Source: a bacterium
GTDB lineage: Bacteria; Zhuqueibacterota; QNDG01
Length of the DNA stretch: 64,000 nt
NCBI GenBank assembly: GCA_021158245.1
Contig: JAGGVB010000065.1
Coordinates: forward strand, 6,757 to 70,756
Direction of reading: 5' to 3'
The notes under the pieces were generated by a model. It was not told the origin of the DNA, ran no database searches, and saw only the letters and a program-made list of their open reading frames with translations. Positions 1 to 10,976 of the stretch are shown in pieces. Each line of letters opens with the position of its first letter. The stretch's first letter is position 1. A program made the translations under genes and the position numbers.

Positions 1-606
1 CATGAGGCCAGGTATTACCTTGGATATGCATATATTAAACTGGATCAAAGAGCAGATGCGTTAACCCAGCTTGAATTTTGCGCAAATTCAAACAGCAGGT
101 TCAAACAAAAAGCCCTGATTGCATTAATAGAATTTTACCGTAAAATAGGACTTAATAAAGAGTGTATCCGTACAGCAAAGAAATATCTGGAATTAAATAC
201 AAAAAACTACTTAACAACCGTATATTTTCATCTTGGATGTGCACTATCTGAGGAACAAAATTTTTCAGAAGCAGATTCTGCTTTTCAAAAATCATTAGCC
301 TGCTCTAACCTGCCGCTTATTAAAGGGATTTACTTTTACAGAGGTTTGAATTCACACAAACAGCAGGAATATATCAAAGCCATAAATTACTATAAAAAGG
401 CTGTTACATTAAACCCGGACGATCCTTACACCTATTACAATCTCGCAATTGTTTATGATGAGTTTTACAAAGATAAAAAACCTGCAATAAAATACTATCA
501 GAAATTTCTTGACTATTGCAAAAACAAAGACGACAACTCTGTTCTGGTTCAGGCTGCAATAAACAGAATCAAATCCCTTAAACAAAAACTCTATTTTAAA
601 AAATAG
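1..606 (+). CDS. TPR-repeat protein (5' end outside window)
   Basis: Frame 1 is open from base 1 (HEARYYLGYAYIKL...) to TAG at 606; TPR-like helices such as YFHLGCALSE and AINYYKKAVTLNPDDPYTYYNLAIVY. Confidence 0.85.
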   Translation, partial: HEARYYLGYAYIKLDQRADALTQLEFCANSNSRFKQKALIALIEFYRKIGLNKECIRTAKKYLELNTKNYLTTVYFHLGCALSEEQNFSEADSAFQKSLACSNLPLIKGIYFYRGLNSHKQQEYIKAINYYKKAVTLNPDDPYTYYNLAIVYDEFYKDKKPAIKYYQKFLDYCKNKDDNSVLVQAAINRIKSLKQKLYFKK

Positions 607-792
607 ACACGGCTTTAAGAGATGATTGCAATTGTTTTCATGATTGTAGATAATTGGTCTTACAAAGACTTTACCTTGATTTTTTCTTATTACTTTTTAC
701 TATCTTATATTCGGTTGATCCCTGCACCCTTTATTACCAGTAAAAACCATTAGACCGAATAAAAAATACACACATCTGATAAGAGGTGAAAT

Positions 793-1812
793 ATGGGACA
801 AAAAGATAGAAGGCATTTCAAAATATTTATTTTTATTACACTAATCCTTTATTTCCCGATAGTGTCTGTTACTTTTGCTCAGATAGAACAGACATCAGGA
901 TTTTTTTCTCTGAGGAGCCAGTCTCCCATTCAACAGTTACGTGTTGGCCTTCAGCACCATCCTCCCTGGATTGTTCCTGAAGGACAGTGGGCGCTTAATA
1001 TCCAGCATACCTGGAAAAATATGTGGCTGTATAAAGAGGATCTCTACCGCATTGACGGTGAAATTCATGAAACAGTTTTCCGCGGGGCCTATGGTGTGAC
1101 TCCACGCCTTGAAGTAATGGCAGAGGTAGCAGTGCGCCACATCGGAGGCGGTATATTAGATGCACTGAGCGAAGGATTTCACAATACATTCGGCTACACT
1201 CAGGCAGGAAGAGACAAATTTCCCCGCAATCAATTCGCAGTTGAAATTTACCTTCCGGATAAAGATACGACCTTTACTCTAGGTTCCTCAGCTACGGGCT
1301 GGCAAGTCGGGAATCTGATACTTTCAGGCACTTATGCTCTGATAAAAAACCGCAGTAGTAAATTTCATGCTGTAATAACCGGAAATGTTAAACTCCCTAC
1401 TGCCACTACAAAACAACTTTTCGGAAGCCAGAAAATTGATCTGGGGCTTGCTCTGGGACTGGGATATTCAATTTCTCCTCTTCATCTCTATTATAATACT
1501 GGTTTTCTGTACTACGGAGATAAAGAAATTATGGGCCTTGAATTACGCCAATGGCATCTCAGCACTTTGATTGCCTTTGAATATCACCGTCCCGGAACCA
1601 GCCATTCCTGGATTTTTCAGGGACTTGTAGAGAGCGGCGTTGCCAAATACTATAATGAATTTGACAAGCGCACCTTTGAAATAGTACTGGGATACAAACA
1701 CTACTTTAAATCAGGCTGGACATTCGGCGTCGGTATTTTGGAGAATATTTTTTATTATGATAACAGCCCGGACGTAGCGTTTCATTTTGAATTAACCCGA
1801 TTATTTAAGTAA
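793..1812 (+). CDS. DUF3187-like outer-membrane beta-barrel protein
   Basis: Signal peptide ending VTFA|Q; SQSPIQQLR N-terminal motif; amphipathic beta-strands; C-terminal ENIFYYDNSPDVAFHFEL; SD GAGGTG upstream. Confidence 0.7.
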   Translation: MGQKDRRHFKIFIFITLILYFPIVSVTFAQIEQTSGFFSLRSQSPIQQLRVGLQHHPPWIVPEGQWALNIQHTWKNMWLYKEDLYRIDGEIHETVFRGAYGVTPRLEVMAEVAVRHIGGGILDALSEGFHNTFGYTQAGRDKFPRNQFAVEIYLPDKDTTFTLGSSATGWQVGNLILSGTYALIKNRSSKFHAVITGNVKLPTATTKQLFGSQKIDLGLALGLGYSISPLHLYYNTGFLYYGDKEIMGLELRQWHLSTLIAFEYHRPGTSHSWIFQGLVESGVAKYYNEFDKRTFEIVLGYKHYFKSGWTFGVGILENIFYYDNSPDVAFHFELTRLFK

Positions 1813-1973
1813 AACACTAATAAAGGTATAATCTACGAAATAAGAAATAATCGCTCTTAGGTCTGTCTGAAAACTAAGTTACTACATTCCCATGCCTTAT
1901 TTGTATAAACAGCACTGATGATTTACACGGAAACTTTATTCTGAAATTCAACAAATAATTATGGGTTAATTTT

Positions 1974-3080
1974 ATGAGAAAATCACACCTGTACAACAGC
2001 ATTATATTCCTTCCCCTCTTGTTCCTGATTCTGCTTCTTTCATATTGTGATTTGTTCCAGGGAGATTCCGATGACAATACAGACGATGGACTAAACTGGA
2101 TCACCGGGACATCATCATCTGTTGAAAAAGAGACATACTATGTCTCTGTAAGCGGAGATGACAGTTCAGACGGGAAAAGTATAGACAGACCGCTAAAGAC
2201 TCTTGCTGCTGCCTTAAGAAAAATTAAACCTGGCGGAAAAATCTTAATCCTGCCCGGAACATTTTATGAAAGCCTCGGTATGCAGAATTTTGGCAGCAAA
2301 ATTGATACAATTACAATTGCAGGGTTCAATGGACTGCCTGTTATAGATGGCGGAAATAAAAAGACCATGGGTATTTTTGCAACAGATTGCATAAATCTGA
2401 TTTTTCAGAACCTCCTGTTCCGGAATTTTACCGATGCGGGACTGGTTGTATCTGCATGTGACGGCATTATAATAAAGGATGTTATTGTAAAGGATAACGG
2501 ACATGCAGTAAAGTTGATTGATTGGGAATTTGAAGGATACGGAATTCATGTGGAAAATTCAAAACATGTGCTGATAGAAGGAGTCGAAGCGTATGGAAAC
2601 GGTCCTCATCCGAAAAAGACAAAAGATATTTTACTTGGCACAGGGATAAATACATACGGAAATGAGGATATAATCATACGAAATAATTCAAGTCATCACA
2701 ATACTGGCGGAGGTTTGTTGATTGAAGACAGTTATGACGTTTTGGCGGAAGGCAATATTCTATACGATAATGACTGTGATGCCAGCGCGGATGAATGGTG
2801 GGATGCAGGTTTATGGTTAGACGGCGGTAAAAACGTGACACTAAGGAACAATCTCTGCTATAATAATCTTGGCGCAGGTATTGAGGTCAGTGACGAAGAC
2901 CGGCAGTCTCCCACAGGATATGTTCTGGAAAACAATATTTGCAGAAATAACTATTTTGGTATATTTGTCTGGAATTTTGGTACGTTGGACTGGCCGGATC
3001 AAGAGGTGATTAAACTGTCAGGGAATCAGTTTTCAGATAATTTACGGAAAGATGTATGGATAGTGGACTGGATGGAATAG
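1974..3080 (+). CDS. Right-handed parallel beta-helix (pectate lyase-like fold, DUF1565-like N-terminus) probable lipoprotein
   Basis: Hydrophobic signal ending LLSYC followed by an acidic linker; YYVSVSGDDSSDG..RPLKTL motif; repeated IxNNxxxxNxGxGI beta-helix turns. Confidence 0.75.
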   Translation: MRKSHLYNSIIFLPLLFLILLLSYCDLFQGDSDDNTDDGLNWITGTSSSVEKETYYVSVSGDDSSDGKSIDRPLKTLAAALRKIKPGGKILILPGTFYESLGMQNFGSKIDTITIAGFNGLPVIDGGNKKTMGIFATDCINLIFQNLLFRNFTDAGLVVSACDGIIIKDVIVKDNGHAVKLIDWEFEGYGIHVENSKHVLIEGVEAYGNGPHPKKTKDILLGTGINTYGNEDIIIRNNSSHHNTGGGLLIEDSYDVLAEGNILYDNDCDASADEWWDAGLWLDGGKNVTLRNNLCYNNLGAGIEVSDEDRQSPTGYVLENNICRNNYFGIFVWNFGTLDWPDQEVIKLSGNQFSDNLRKDVWIVDWME

Positions 3081-3380
3081 TTAAAATACATCAATAAATG
3101 TAAACCAGTTATTCTTAATAATCAGATTGTTCTTTTATAGAACAATTTAAGAATCAACCCGCTTTATTAAGGCATTCAATTATTTCCGTTTTCTTAAAAT
3201 AATTTCTCCGGAGTTTGCAAAATCTTCCTATTAAAATACAGTAGAACGATATTTGAAAATATCTGCTTTTACTCTGAATTTATTCCCGATTTTTTAATAT
3301 TTTTATATCTTTTATGCAAAAAATTTCTTACCTTAACCAGCTTGAAAATTAATGAGTTTTAGAAGACAGAAAAGGATCTA

Positions 3381-5186
3381 ATGAGAAAAAAGAATATTCG
3401 TAATATAGCGATAATTGCACATGTGGATCACGGAAAAACCACACTTGTTGACGGAATGTTAAAACAGAGCGGCATATACCGTGACAATGAGACAATTACC
3501 GAACGGGTTATGGATTCCATGGATCTTGAACGTGAGAGAGGTATCACAATTATGGCTAAAAATACTGCTGTGCGGTATGGCAGTATTAAGATTAACATTG
3601 TTGACACACCTGGCCATGCGGACTTTGGCGGAGAAGTTGAACGGAGCCTCAATCTCGTTGACGGAGCAATACTCCTTGTTGATGCCAGCGAGGGCCCTCT
3701 GCCTCAAACACGTTTTGTTGTTAAAAAAGCTCTTGATAAAAAACTGCCGATCATTCTTGTAATTAACAAAATTGACCGCTCAGACCAGCGTATTGAAGAA
3801 GTAATTAATGAAGTTTATGACTTGTTTATTGATTTGGATGCTTCTGAAGATCAGATAGATTTTCCTGTTCTATACACCAATGCCAAGGCGGGAATAGCAC
3901 ATTTAAAGCACGGAGATGATTCAGAAAACCTCAAGCCGCTGTTTGAAACCATTATCAGTAAAATCCCCGGTCCGGAGACGGATGATGAGGCGATTCCCCA
4001 ATTTCTTGTCACAAACCTGTCTTATGATTCATATGTGGGCCAGATTGCAGTAGGCCGTCTTTTTAATGGTACTCTGGAACTGGGTAAGCAGTACAGCCAT
4101 TGTACAAAAAAGGAAGTAGTGAAAGGTGTCAAATTTTCAGCTCTCTATACTTTTGAAAATCTCAAACGCAAGGACACACAAAAAGCTGAAGCCGGTGATA
4201 TTATTGCTCTTGCAGGTGTTGATAATATTGAAATCGGTGATACTATCAGCGACCTGGAGAATCCAAAGCCTTTGGAGCGCATTCATATAGACGAACCTAC
4301 ACTCTCAATGATTTTTTATGTTAATAAAAGCCCTTTTGCCGGAACCGAAGGCCAATTCCTGACCTCACGCCATATCAGAGAAAGACTGTACAGAGAGACA
4401 CTTGGAAATATGGCCATAAATGTAGAAGATACTGAACGCCATGATGCATTTGAGGTTTTCGGCAGAGGCGAACTTCAGATGGCTGTACTTATTGAGACAA
4501 TGCGGCGTGAAGGATATGAATTTGCAGTATCAAAGCCCAAGGTCGTTACAAAAATAATTGACGATAAAAAATGCGAACCTGTAGAACATGTGTTTATTGA
4601 TGTTCCTGAAGTTTATGTGGGTGTAATAACTGAAAAACTCGCCGTACGTAAAGGCCGTATGATTAACATGGTTAACCACGGCCACGGCCGTTATGATCTT
4701 GAGTTCCTGATCCCCGCAAGAGGGCTCATAGGCTTCCGCAGCCAATTTCTAACAGACACCAAAGGTTCCGGTATAATGAATTCAATTCTTAACGGTTACG
4801 AACCCTGGTTCGGGCCAATACCGCAACGAACAACAGGCGCTCTTGTTGCTGACAGAGTAGGCCGTGTAACTAATTACGCCAGGTTGGCAATGGTAGACAG
4901 AGGCACCCTGTTTGTAAAAACAGGAACGCAAGTCTACGAGGGAATGATTATAGGCGAACGAAACCGCACTGCAGACCTGTACGTTAATATAACAAAAGAG
5001 AAAAAACTGACCAACATGCGCAGTTCAACTTCTGAAGCCACAGTAACATTAAGGCCTCCTACTATGCTGTCCCTTGATCAGGCAATTGAATTCATTGCAG
5101 AAGATGAGCTTGTAGAAGTTACACCGCAGAATATAAGGCTTGCAAAAATGATTCGGGAAAGAAAAAAACGAGGGCCAAAAATATAA
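3381..5186 (+). CDS. typA: Translational GTPase TypA/BipA
   Basis: [61 protein letters not shown] motifs; 601 aa. Confidence 0.97.
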   Translation: MRKKNIRNIAIIAHVDHGKTTLVDGMLKQSGIYRDNETITERVMDSMDLERERGITIMAKNTAVRYGSIKINIVDTPGHADFGGEVERSLNLVDGAILLVDASEGPLPQTRFVVKKALDKKLPIILVINKIDRSDQRIEEVINEVYDLFIDLDASEDQIDFPVLYTNAKAGIAHLKHGDDSENLKPLFETIISKIPGPETDDEAIPQFLVTNLSYDSYVGQIAVGRLFNGTLELGKQYSHCTKKEVVKGVKFSALYTFENLKRKDTQKAEAGDIIALAGVDNIEIGDTISDLENPKPLERIHIDEPTLSMIFYVNKSPFAGTEGQFLTSRHIRERLYRETLGNMAINVEDTERHDAFEVFGRGELQMAVLIETMRREGYEFAVSKPKVVTKIIDDKKCEPVEHVFIDVPEVYVGVITEKLAVRKGRMINMVNHGHGRYDLEFLIPARGLIGFRSQFLTDTKGSGIMNSILNGYEPWFGPIPQRTTGALVADRVGRVTNYARLAMVDRGTLFVKTGTQVYEGMIIGERNRTADLYVNITKEKKLTNMRSSTSEATVTLRPPTMLSLDQAIEFIAEDELVEVTPQNIRLAKMIRERKKRGPKI

Positions 5187-5304
5187 ATCCTAACTTCAAC
5201 GCACATTAAAAATTAATTTGAATAGCAATTTTCTTTTGACAATGTAAATAAAAATTCACAACTCAGATTCCAATAAGCAATAACTAAAAAACGAAAAATC
5301 CATG

Positions 5305-5892
5305 TTAAAACGCCCTAAAATATTTTTTATCTGCAATATCTAACATTTGCTTATCGCCTTTACTGTCACCATATACATAAATACTGTTATATTCGGAAAG
5401 ATTATATTTTTCCTTAATTCTATTCAATTTTTCATTACCATAGCAATTTTTACCAGCAAGCTTCCCTGTTATTCTGTTTTTTTTTACTTCAAGCATAGTT
5501 GAAATAAGATCAATATCGTTCTTGCTGCACCATGCTTTTAAATAACACTCCAACGAAGCAGAAACAATCACAACTTTATGATTTTTCTGCTTATGCCACT
5601 TAATTTTTTCTATCGCCCTGCTATTTACAATTTTATCTATTTCATTTATTGAATATTGATTGGCTATGTTCTGTAAATAATCTATTTCCCAATTTTTAAA
5701 AAAATAGGCAATCAATTTTTCTTTTGCAATAAAATTCGGGATTATTTTCAGCTTATATGCTGCAAGCACAGGAGTCAATAAAATTAAACCTGAATAATAA
5801 TTCTTTTTGCCAACTGAATACTTTATAAAATCAGGGAAACTATCTTTCCCCGTTACAGTACCATCAAAATCAAAAAATGCTATATCTGTCAT
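5305..5892 (-). CDS. HAD-IB family hydrolase (probable polyprenyl-phosphoribose-5-phosphate phosphatase)
   Basis: FFDFDGT motif I, IVSAS motif II, NCYGNEK, YGDSKGD motif IV; last gene of the UbiA-DprE cassette. Confidence 0.85.
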   Translation of the reverse strand: MTDIAFFDFDGTVTGKDSFPDFIKYSVGKKNYYSGLILLTPVLAAYKLKIIPNFIAKEKLIAYFFKNWEIDYLQNIANQYSINEIDKIVNSRAIEKIKWHKQKNHKVVIVSASLECYLKAWCSKNDIDLISTMLEVKKNRITGKLAGKNCYGNEKLNRIKEKYNLSEYNSIYVYGDSKGDKQMLDIADKKYFRAF

Positions 5893-5894
5893 GC

Positions 5895-7334
5895 CTACTT
5901 CTTTAGGTTATTCTTTTTATCGTCTTCCGGAGTATAGGAATACAATACACCGCATGCCTCATAATGGCTTATTTTATAAACCTGCCGCAGACCCTTATTT
6001 TTCAGTAACTCAGATTGTGCTATATTATCTCCATGTGCATCAAGCACCCAGAAAGAGTCAGGTAAAAAACCGCTGTTGTAATCCGACTGCAGGCTGTCAA
6101 TACTATATATATGAAAATCCATACCCAACATATCTGCATAAGTACTATACCCATACCCGTTGAAAACAATATCAAACATGGGTATTTTGTTATTAATTTT
6201 ATTGGCATCTACAAAAACTTCACGCCATTGCTCCTTGTTTATCTTATTATAATAGCCCATATAATATAATTGGAATATTGATAAAAAAACGATTATTGCA
6301 ACTATTATTTCGCCTTGTTTTTTTGTTCCAATTAAATAAACTCCAAATGCAAGGAACACTATGATTGCTGGAACGACAATAATGGTGTTTCTTACTGTCA
6401 GGATAGGGACTGATATGACGCTCTCTAAATAGGGCAAAATATACCCGCTCCCAATCCAGATTAAAAGTATTATTGTTTTAAATTTAAAATCTGTTTTATC
6501 ACGTTTATTAAACAGGGAAAAGAGACTAATTAATGAAACATAAAAATAAACTATAATTAAATAAACATTTCTAAAATAATACTTTATATAATACACAACA
6601 AAGGCAGGGGGAGGACAAATAATCCAAAAACTCTTTCTTGATAAATTTCTAAGTAAATTCTTTCTTAGTGGAAGCAAAGAAATAATAATTGCTAATAATG
6701 CAATTCCAGCAACTACAATTAAGTATTTTTGTTTTTCTTTTAATTTAACCCAATAAAGTGTATAAATAAAAAACTGCGCAATTAAAACATAAAACCCAAA
6801 ATAGTGCGTATAAATCATTAAAATAGTAATTAATAAATATAATGAAATATACTTTCTCTTAAATTTTTTGATAAATTTAAAGAAATATATAAAAGATAAA
6901 ACCGTTAGCAAAAACAATAAACTATAAGATCTTACTTCCTGAGAAAAATAGATTAAAAATACATTCGTTGAGGCAATAATTAATGAATATAAACCCACTT
7001 TCTTATTATAGATTTCTTTTCCCAAAAAATACATACAAATAACACCTAATGAACCAATAAAAGTGGACAAACTCCTTCCTGAAAATTCGGAAAATCCAAA
7101 AATTTTATACCAGCCATAAAGTATCAATTGATATAACGGTGGATGCACTCCAACGTTAACTAGTTCCTTCCACACACTTAATAATGTTTTATCCGGATTA
7201 CTTACAGTTGCACTATACAACTCATCTAACCAGTAACTTTGAAAAGTCAGACCTTTAAATCTTAGAATAATACCAAGAAATATAAAAATAAATAGAATTA
7301 TACTATTTTTTTTATCTTGTATAAATTTTGTCAT
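5895..7334 (-). CDS. GT-C (PMT/ArnT-like, GT39/83-type) membrane glycosyltransferase
   Basis: QSYWLDELYS, HPPLY, RSLS, YFSQEVRSYSL, YTHYFG motifs; many TM helices. Confidence 0.85.
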   Translation of the reverse strand: MTKFIQDKKNSIILFIFIFLGIILRFKGLTFQSYWLDELYSATVSNPDKTLLSVWKELVNVGVHPPLYQLILYGWYKIFGFSEFSGRSLSTFIGSLGVICMYFLGKEIYNKKVGLYSLIIASTNVFLIYFSQEVRSYSLLFLLTVLSFIYFFKFIKKFKRKYISLYLLITILMIYTHYFGFYVLIAQFFIYTLYWVKLKEKQKYLIVVAGIALLAIIISLLPLRKNLLRNLSRKSFWIICPPPAFVVYYIKYYFRNVYLIIVYFYVSLISLFSLFNKRDKTDFKFKTIILLIWIGSGYILPYLESVISVPILTVRNTIIVVPAIIVFLAFGVYLIGTKKQGEIIVAIIVFLSIFQLYYMGYYNKINKEQWREVFVDANKINNKIPMFDIVFNGYGYSTYADMLGMDFHIYSIDSLQSDYNSGFLPDSFWVLDAHGDNIAQSELLKNKGLRQVYKISHYEACGVLYSYTPEDDKKNNLKK

Positions 7335-7357
7335 TACATTAGAAATTCTAAATTCTC

Positions 7358-8089
7358 CTAAATGTTCATTTTCTTAAATTGGGACTCAGGAATTAACTTA
7401 ATAACAAACATTATCCACTTCCAAAGCCATTTAGTATATAGAATGTTTGCACCTTTTTGCTGTGCCCGGAAAATATCCTTTGCAACATCTAAAGGTTCAG
7501 CTGTAATGGCCGCTGGCAAATCCATTCCTGCAGTCATCTTTGTGTTAACAAATCCGGGTTTTACTGTAAGTACCTGAACATTCGCTTCACAGAGCCTGTT
7601 TCGAAGCCCTGATAAATATGCAGTAAAACCTGCCTTAGCAGAACCATATGTATAATTGCTTTTCCTGCCTCTGTCACCTGCAACAGAACTTATACCGACA
7701 ATGAACCCTTTTTGCCGTTTTTCAAAATCATTGGCAATAATATTAAAAAGCCCGACAATACCCGTAAAATTAGTGCCAATAATAGTACGGACTTCATCAA
7801 AATTTTCCTGGGATTTTCCCTGGTCACCAAGATATCCGACTGCAGAAATTACCCCTTCGGGCTTTTCAGGCAAGCCCTCATAAAAACCGGATAAAGCACC
7901 ATATTTCAGCACATCAAATTCAATTAGCTTAACATTAACCTGCCATCGTATTTTTATATCTTTTGAAAATGGTTCCAGCTCATGCACATTTCGGGCAGCA
8001 AGATATAGATTGTATCCATTACTGGCATATGTGCGTGCAACTGCTTTTGCAATATCACTCTTAGCACCAACTATTAATATATAGCTCAT
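7358..8089 (-). CDS. dprE2: DprE2-like SDR (polyprenyl-phospho-2-ketopentose reductase)
   Basis: Start moved to ATG at 8089 (MSYILIVGAKSDIAKA); SSVAGDRGRKSNYTYGSAKAG, VKPGFVNTKMT motifs; directly follows the DprE1-like gene. Confidence 0.85.
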   Translation of the reverse strand: MSYILIVGAKSDIAKAVARTYASNGYNLYLAARNVHELEPFSKDIKIRWQVNVKLIEFDVLKYGALSGFYEGLPEKPEGVISAVGYLGDQGKSQENFDEVRTIIGTNFTGIVGLFNIIANDFEKRQKGFIVGISSVAGDRGRKSNYTYGSAKAGFTAYLSGLRNRLCEANVQVLTVKPGFVNTKMTAGMDLPAAITAEPLDVAKDIFRAQQKGANILYTKWLWKWIMFVIKLIPESQFKKMNI

Positions 8090-8090
8090 A

Positions 8091-9389
8091 TTAAATACCC
8101 ACTCTTTTTGATTGTAGAGAATTAAATTTTTCATCAAGGCCGTATTTCTCCCGAACAGCCCTGAACTTATCAATGTGGGGATATCCTTTCTCAAATATTT
8201 CCCGGGTCACTCGTACATCCTTTGTAAGATAAATCCTTCCGCCATATTCAACAACTATTTTATCAAGCTCGTCCAACAGATCAAACAACCCTTTTTCAAT
8301 TTTAAAATCCAGTGCAAGACTGTATCCCTCAACAGGAAATGACAGATAATTTTCATTAGCTTTTCCATACAACTTCAACACCGCCAGAAAAGATCCTTTC
8401 CCTGATTTTGCAATGGTCCCGAGAATTCTTTCAAGGCCCTCATAACTTTTAGATTTTGGTAAAATAAACTGATACTGCGTAAATCCTTTTTTCCCATAAA
8501 TCCGATTCCAATTACGTATTGCATCCAATGGATAAAAAAATGTATCAACATCAACTGTTACTGGCTTTTTATGCTGCATAGCTTTTAAATAATAAAACCA
8601 GTTGAATGCTTTTACAGTATAGCGGTTAAGGGCAAATGACGGGAACATAAACGGAACATTTAGACTGAAAGGAGGTTTATAATCCAATTTGCCGTCTTTT
8701 TTAAAATCGCCTGCCATAAGAACACATCTACCGATTTTCTTCCCTTTTGCAAGGCAGTCTATCCACGCCACAGAATAGGGTACAGAATGATATTTCTCGA
8801 ATGCATCAAAGGTTTCTTTTAGATTTTTAGTCTTTACTGTTATCTGATCTATATATTTTGACTGCACTTTTTTTAATACAATTTCAGCATCTATAATAAT
8901 GCCTGTAAGGCCCATTCCTCCGCACGTAGCATTAAATAATTCAACATTCTGCTCTCTTGAACAAGTAACTATTTCACCTGTAGCAATCATCAAATTAAAC
9001 TCTTTTACACATGAACTGAAACATCCTTCCACATGGTGATTCTTTCCATGCACATCACTGGCAATGGCTCCTCCCACTGTTATTAATTTGGTGCCCGGGG
9101 TAACTGAAAGGAACCATCCCCGGGGAAGAAACACAGAAATGATATCCGCAAGAAGGACACCTGCCTGGCACCGCAGGACACCTGTATTCTCATCAAAATC
9201 CAGCATCAAGTTAAATAATCTTGTATCAATAACATTTTTACTGAGTGCACTATCGCCATAGCTCCTTCCATTACCATAGGGCATAATTTCATCATTATTA
9301 ATTACAATGTTTTTAAGGCCCTCAATATCCTCAAATGCAAATGCAGTGTTATCTATTGAGGGATAATTACCCCAGCTTCCAAGACTCAT
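8091..9389 (-). CDS. dprE1: DprE1-like FAD-linked oxidase (polyprenyl-phosphoribose 2'-oxidase)
   Basis: GNGRSYGD, PGTKLITVGGAIASDVHGKNHH, GGMGLTG, YSVAWID, SFLAVLK, GGRIYLTKD motifs. Confidence 0.92.
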   Translation of the reverse strand: MSLGSWGNYPSIDNTAFAFEDIEGLKNIVINNDEIMPYGNGRSYGDSALSKNVIDTRLFNLMLDFDENTGVLRCQAGVLLADIISVFLPRGWFLSVTPGTKLITVGGAIASDVHGKNHHVEGCFSSCVKEFNLMIATGEIVTCSREQNVELFNATCGGMGLTGIIIDAEIVLKKVQSKYIDQITVKTKNLKETFDAFEKYHSVPYSVAWIDCLAKGKKIGRCVLMAGDFKKDGKLDYKPPFSLNVPFMFPSFALNRYTVKAFNWFYYLKAMQHKKPVTVDVDTFFYPLDAIRNWNRIYGKKGFTQYQFILPKSKSYEGLERILGTIAKSGKGSFLAVLKLYGKANENYLSFPVEGYSLALDFKIEKGLFDLLDELDKIVVEYGGRIYLTKDVRVTREIFEKGYPHIDKFRAVREKYGLDEKFNSLQSKRVGI

Positions 9390-9787
9390 ACTTTCTCTTC
9401 CTTTCCGAAAACAATCCTTTTATCCATCCAATACTTAGCCAAATATCCAACACTCAACCCAACAACAGCACCGTAGTATTTGGCAGAACTATTCTTCAAT
9501 ACTAAATCAAAGCCTATTTCAGTGCACCAAAAAACGCCTGTTGTAACAACACCGTTAAGGGAATACAATATAAATTTTTTTACTGTATCAAAATGACTCC
9601 TTGAAGTGTAGTAAAATATATACCGTTTATCAAGTATATATTTAATAACAAAACCGGCAATTGTACCGCACGCCATTGCAGTATACAGACTGTACGCGCC
9701 GCCATAAGCCAATAGGACTAAATGCTGGGTTAAAATATTTACACCCATGGAGATAATAGCAAAAAATATATATTTAGCTACAATCAT
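9386..9787 (-). CDS. GtrA-family lipid-phosphosugar flippase
   Basis: 133 aa, four TM helices, KYILDKRYIF and KYWMDKRIVF repeats; 4-nt overlaps with both neighbours. Confidence 0.85.
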   Translation of the reverse strand: MIVAKYIFFAIISMGVNILTQHLVLLAYGGAYSLYTAMACGTIAGFVIKYILDKRYIFYYTSRSHFDTVKKFILYSLNGVVTTGVFWCTEIGFDLVLKNSSAKYYGAVVGLSVGYLAKYWMDKRIVFGKEEKV

Positions 9788-10662
9788 AAATAGATAATCC
9801 AGATAAATGTTGCTATCCAGATCACCAGAGTTATCTGCATAAATCTATCTTTAAAAAGTACTTTGGTAGGCGACCCGCTGTCTTTAAAAACAAATGTAAT
9901 CTGCATGTAGCGCATTATTCCAAGTACTACAAAAAGGGCCGTCAAATATAAATGATTGCTGCCAAACCGCTCTATCACTTCAGTGGAAGTAGTATATAAT
10001 GTATAGGCCACAATCACTACCGAAGCCATTATAATCATGGTTGCGTTAATGAATTCAAGATTATAACCATCATTAGCCTTACGCATACTTTGGCCAGTAT
10101 CATTCAAAATCAACAGATCATCGCGGCGTTTTGCCAAGGCAATAAATAAGGCCAAAAGAAAAGTTAAAACTACAATCCATTTGGATAGCATAATTCCCGT
10201 AACAGCAGAACCTACAAAAAGCCGAAGCACAAAACCGATAGCAATTATTGTTACATCCATGATTGCTATTTTCTTAATATACAGGCTGTAGGCAATATTC
10301 ATAATGACATATACCCACAATATTATACAGGCATTCCATGACAGAGCAGCCATTACAACACTTCCCACACAAAAAAGCAGCACCATAAGCACAAATGCGT
10401 GTGCCGTTTTCACCGAACCTAATGCCAGGGGGCGGTATCTTTTGGTTGGGTGACGGCGGTCTTCTTCAATATCAAGATAGTCATTTAAGATATATATTGA
10501 ACTTGCTGCTAGTGAAAAAGCAGCAAATGCTACTATTGAATAAATAAATGAAATCTGATGTGTTATTTTAGCAGCAAAAAACAGGGGTAAAAAGATAAAC
10601 AAATTTTTAATATAGTGTTTAACTCTCAGCAGGCTTACATACTGTGACATTTTTTCTTTCAT
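9784..10662 (-). CDS. UbiA-family polyprenyl-phosphate phosphoribosyltransferase (DPPR synthase/NoeC-like)
   Basis: LRVKHYIKNLFIF, SSIYILNDYLDIEEDRRHPTKRYRPLA, AKRRDD, GSPT motifs. Confidence 0.9.
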   Translation of the reverse strand: MKEKMSQYVSLLRVKHYIKNLFIFLPLFFAAKITHQISFIYSIVAFAAFSLAASSIYILNDYLDIEEDRRHPTKRYRPLALGSVKTAHAFVLMVLLFCVGSVVMAALSWNACIILWVYVIMNIAYSLYIKKIAIMDVTIIAIGFVLRLFVGSAVTGIMLSKWIVVLTFLLALFIALAKRRDDLLILNDTGQSMRKANDGYNLEFINATMIIMASVVIVAYTLYTTSTEVIERFGSNHLYLTALFVVLGIMRYMQITFVFKDSGSPTKVLFKDRFMQITLVIWIATFIWIIYL

Positions 10663-10976
10663 GTAATACCATTACTTGTTTATATATTATACACAACACA
10701 AACTATACCCATATTCAAGTTTGCTTCTATTATACTGGCGTCTATATAAAGTAGCTTATTGTATAAAACACAATTATAAATACAGAACAATGAAAGAATA
10801 TACTGTTTTTCGTGTTCATAAGCAACCAAATAGTACTATTCTCCGTGCATATATAACGTACACCGAGTTCACATCCACAACATAGTCATGAATTCGTGAG
10901 AATTGAAAGCTGGTTTCACACAAAGAAGATTAGGATACAATCTGTGTTGCATGAATATCCGTAATATCCGTTACTC

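Noticed and set aside
708-761. TATTCGGT...ACCGAATA inverted repeat upstream of the DUF3187-like gene
   Set aside because: An 8-bp stem with a long loop that matches no riboswitch or ncRNA I recognise.
10676-10885. 69-aa plus-strand ORF in the gap between the two glycan units
   Set aside because: TTG start, no SD, no motif; probably non-coding promoter DNA.
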